Shown piece by piece: positions 60,161 to 64,000 of a stretch of DNA of 64,000 nucleotides (position 1 is its first letter; every line of letters begins with the position of its first letter). The stretch is taken from contig NC_043007.1 of NCBI RefSeq assembly GCF_006345805.1, positions 55,304,001-55,368,000 of the forward strand, read 5' to 3'. The DNA is from Octopus sinensis. Lineage: Eukaryota. The notes below the pieces were generated by a model. That model saw only the letters and a program-made list of their open reading frames with translations, was not told the origin of the DNA and did not search any database. Made by a program: the position numbers and the translations under genes.

Positions 60161-61906
60161 CTTGCAGTCGGCAGGTTTCATGCCTCGGGGACCGTTCGGC
60201 AGGACGCCAGAGACGTCAGCCTGCGACGCCGTCAGCCCGGCGGGTGACCGCCGCCTTCGCGCCGCCTCGCTTTCTCCCGTTCGTCCGCGAGCGCGGGGCC
60301 GTTAGCGGCAGGCCCGCGCCGGTCGCCCGTTCCTCCGCCGCGCTACCGTGCCCGAAACCGAAAGAACGAACCCACGCTCGCGGTACGGCCCACGGACGCG
60401 TGGACGCAGCCGCGACCGATGCCGGAAGGCGTTCACGAGATGCACGCCGTGGATACGGCGACGCGGTCCGTCCCGTAAAAACCCGAAAGATGGCAAACTG
60501 CGGCTAGCACGGTCGCCCGTTGCTCCGCCGCCCTGACGTGCCCGAAATCGAAAGAACGAAGCTAAGCTCGCGGTGCGACCCCCGTACGCGTGGACGTAGC
60601 CGCCACCGATTCCGGAAGGCGTTCACGAGATGCACGCCGTCGATACGGCGACGTGGTCCGTCCCGTAAAAACACGAAAGATGGCAAACTGCGGCTAGCAC
60701 GGTCGCCCGTTGCTCCGCCGCCCTGACGTGCCCGAAATCGAAAGAACGAACCTAAGCTCGCGGTTCGACCCCCGTTCGCGTGGACGTAGCCCCCACCGGT
60801 GCCGGAAGGCGTTCACGAGATACCGGCGCTCGATAGGAGTACGTGGTCCGTCCCGTAAAATCCCGAAAGATGACAAACTGCGGCTAGCACGAGGTAGCGG
60901 CGGAAGGCGTGCGCCGGTCGCCCGCGTCTCCGCCGCCGCCCTACCGTGCGTGAAATCGAAAGCACGAACTCGAGCGTGCGGTCTGCCTTACCCGAAAGAT
61001 GGCAAACTGCGGCTAGCACGGTCGCCCGTTGCTCCGCCGCCCTGACGTGCCCGAAATCGAAAGAACGAAGCTAAGCTCGCGGTGCGACCCCCGTACGCGT
61101 GGACGTAGCCGCCACCGATTCCGGAAGGCGTTCACGAGATGCACGCCGTCGATACGGCGACGTGGTCCGTCCCGTAAAAACACGAAAGATGGCAAACTGC
61201 GGCTAGCACGGTCGCCCGTTGCTCCGCCGCCCTGACGTGCCCGAAATCGAAAGAACGAACCTAAGCTCGCGGTTCGAACCCCGTTCGCGTGGATGTAGCC
61301 CCCACCGGTGCCGGAAGACGTTCACGAGATACCGGCGCTCGATAGGAGTACGTGGTCCGTCCCGTAAAATCCCGAAAGATGACAAACTGCGGCTAGCACG
61401 AGGTAGCGGCGGAAGGCGTGCGCCGGTCGCCCGCGTCTCCGCCGCCGCCCTACCGTGCGTGAAATCGAAAGCACGAACTCGAGCGTACGGTCTCGCCCGC
61501 GTACGCGTGGACGTAGCCGCGACCGATGTCGCGACGTGCGGGCGTTCGATGCGGCGACGCGGTCCGTCCTGTAAATTCCCCGAAAGATGACAGTGAGACC
61601 GGTGCAGGCAACGGCCGATTGCGGCGGGCATTCGCCCGCTTTCTACCGCCTTCGCCCGCAGCTCCGCCGCGCTACCGCGAGGCTCGATTGGGACTCGAGC
61701 GAAACTCGCGCTCTCGCCCACGTACACGTGGACGTAGGCGCGATCGATGCCGTCAGTCGCCGGGAGTGCGTGGCGATATGCACCGGGTAAAAACAGCGAC
61801 GTGGTCCGACCCGTGAGCAAGGAGGTGCTCGGACCGTAAGCAAACGGATCGGCCCCGGCTGGATAGTCACGCCTCTAGGTGACCGTCGCACCCCAAGGGG
61901 GTCCAG

Positions 61907-61920
61907 ACTAATATGTAGGG
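61907..61920 (+). promoter_or_regulatory. Putative rRNA gene promoter initiation site (actaatatgtaggg)
   Basis: Last and variant cassette; the sequence downstream no longer follows the IGS module. Confidence 0.55.
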
Positions 61921-62605
61921 TTGTGGTTGATCGGCATAGGTTAGCGTCTCGGAAGGATGTCCTCGTAGCTCCTTTCCTGATGACGGTTAGCTCCCCGTTT
62001 GCCGGTGCAAGATCGATTCTACACGGCCGGCGCGTCCTCGAATTTCCGCCGCCGAACCGCCCGCCTTTCAGACGCTGCGTTCGCCCGCCCGTTGACGCCC
62101 GCGTTTGCCCGCCTTCGCCCGCCTTTTGAAGCTCGCCTTCGTCCGCCTTCGCCCGCCTCTGGACGTCCGCTTCTTCACGCCCGCCTATTAGACGCTGCGT
62201 TCTACCCGCATCTTTCGACGCACGCCTTCGCCCGCCTTTCAGACGCCGCTGCGTTCGCCCGACCCTTTCGACGCACGCGTTTGCCTGCCCGCCCGCCCGC
62301 CTTCCTTCCTTCCTTCCTTCCTTCGCTCGCCCGCCGGCAACCGCCGCACAAGCGCTATTTACGTAGGGTCGCGGCCGAACGGCATAGGCGGACCGCCTGG
62401 AAGGGATGTTGTCGGCGCTCCTTTCTGCCAACGGTTGGCTCCCTTATTGCCGGTGCAAGGTCGACTCTACACGGCTGGCGCGTCCTCGAATGTCTGCCGC
62501 CGCCGCCGCCACACCGCCCGCCTTTTAGACGCGCTCCCTCGACGCCCGCGTCTGCCCGCCTCTTCACGCTCGCCGGTTCGTCCTCCCGCAATCGAACCGC
62601 TTCTC
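61916..62605 (+). other. Probable start of the 5' external transcribed spacer, truncated by AT-rich genomic DNA
   Basis: GC-rich and unlike the IGS modules; follows the last promoter cassette; abrupt switch to (TA)n-rich DNA near 62610-62650. Confidence 0.6.
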
Positions 62606-63731
62606 GTGAAACGATCGTACCAAATTACCGAAGTTATTCTTGTTGCTTTTTTTGATTATATATATATATATATATATATATATGCATACACACACACATA
62701 CATATATGTACACATATCTTTCTTGTATTTTGCTTGATACAATAGGGTTTGGTTTATATTTTTATGGGTGTATGAGTATGTGCGCGTATGTGTATTTTTA
62801 TATGTTGTATTTGAGTATATATTTATATAAATATTATTGTGAGGATATATATACCTCTTAAAGGGGTGTTAGCATCCAAATTACCCAGTTTTTATGCAGC
62901 GTATCGGTGAAGTACTAAAAAGTTGTTAGCCATGCTAATTCCTACAACATTGGAAAGATTCGCTGCCATCTCTGTGTAGATGAAATTCTTCAAATTTTAA
63001 CTTCTAAACAGTAAGAGGGAGAGTAGGTTGTCTTGTGTGCATGCCTAGAAATATGGGTTTAAAAACTGCAGTTGAATTAAACGTTACTAAAAATAAAAAT
63101 GATTTATCTAGTAGATATAAATTGATATTTAAAAAATAAAATATCTTAATTATAATTAAAATAAATAGTAATATTAATATCAAGTTAAATATACACTAAT
63201 TGGATAATAGATATAATTTCATAAATATTAGTGAATTCCTCGAATATCATCTTTTTGTATTCTCTTATAATAAAAGATATATTGAATACAAATCTTGGTG
63301 ACGTAAAATGCAGCTATAGTATCATAGAAAGCAGATTGTATCTGTCATACGGTAAACAATAACTTTTTTAATTGCTAAATAAAAATAAATACTTGATTAT
63401 TAAAAATAGTAGTTATGACTAAGTGACTTGGATAATAATTCTTAATTAACTAAGAAATTTTACCAACATATCATACTCTCACAAATAATAATGAAAATTT
63501 AGGAATAAATATATCTCCCTATATTTCTATCTATCCATCTCCATTGCACCCCACCCCAAAGCAAATACAATGTACTCTTTTAAACAATACCTCACCAAAA
63601 CATCTGTTTTATATAAATAAATGAGCTGCTTGTACATTCGCAAAATTTTATTTGACAAATTCGAGAAAGGAACGAAAGCGCTAATAATAATGAAGAAATA
63701 AAAAGATTTTTTCCAAAATTCTGACGACTTT

Positions 63732-63789
<58 letters not shown>

Positions 63790-63891
63790 ATACATACGCA
63801 TAACTATGCGTGTGAACGCATAAGAATGCTCATGTGTAACTTTAGGTCTGTGTATGTTTGTGTTTGTGTGTGTGTATATGTTGGTGTGTGT

Positions 63892-64000
63892 AGGCGCCTA
63901 TGCACACGGGCACAGGCTTGGCAAGCTTCTTAACCACATTGTTCCAGATTCAGTCATGCTGCGTGACACCTTGGGCGTTTGTCTTCTACTATAGCCCTGG
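63892..64000 (+). mobile_element. SINE 5' part (family of 1863), cut by the window edge
   Basis: ttaaccacattgttccagattcagtc...ccttgggcgtttgtcttctactatagccc. Confidence 0.6.

Larger units (their letters stand above)
55876..61915 (+). repeat. rDNA intergenic spacer: GC-rich, with 0.85-1.76-kb modules built of ~95/190-bp subrepeats
   Basis: Directly follows the 28S 3' end; repeated gaaatcgaaagaacgaac and gaaagatg(g/a)caaactgcggc units; five promoter-like cassettes. Confidence 0.85.

Noticed and set aside
56860-61920. Regularly spaced repeats resembling a CRISPR array
   Set aside because: The intervening sequences are themselves repeats of each other, the context is eukaryotic rDNA, and there are no cas genes.
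61977-62000. CTGATGA followed by a CGG/CCG stem in the ETS (possible hammerhead)
   Set aside because: No GAAA after stem II, and the paralogous ETS repeat lacks CTGATGA.
53718-62737. Many overlapping Arg/Ala/Pro-rich ORFs up to 262 aa
   Set aside because: Expected from the low stop-codon frequency of GC-rich rRNA/IGS repeats; no protein motifs.

Overview
This is AT-rich, microsatellite-dense animal DNA. An octopus or other coleoid cephalopod is my inference from the tRNA-derived SINE families, the (TA)n/(TACA)n density and the divergent GC-rich rDNA. I could not support any host protein-coding gene. The window is almost entirely mobile-element debris: Tx1/L1-clade LINEs (one near full length), Penelope-like elements (PLEs) in fold-back form, CR1-type and R4/Dong-type LINEs, Tc1, mariner and MULE fragments, and SINEs. 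It also holds a ~9 kb dispersed rDNA piece (3' part of 28S, the whole IGS, start of the 5'ETS) at 53491-62605. Top candidate system: a Tx1/L1-type (APE-RT) LINE family built like a Penelope element. It has a type I hammerhead ribozyme with covarying stems in two diverged copies (1162-1222 and 41265-41325), a 129-bp terminal direct repeat, a 5' inverted arm, and ends fixed at TA-rich sites. Other notable points: (i) the 28S fragment starts exactly at the R2 cleavage position (TAGCCAAATG) behind a structured 1.7-kb insert with no recognisable ORF; (ii) the IGS carries degenerate 28S pieces, one missing precisely the ~50-nt R2/I-PpoI target; (iii) the IGS has four repeated spacer-promoter-like modules plus a variant fifth. 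All coordinates and pairings were read by eye; no database search or folding program was run.
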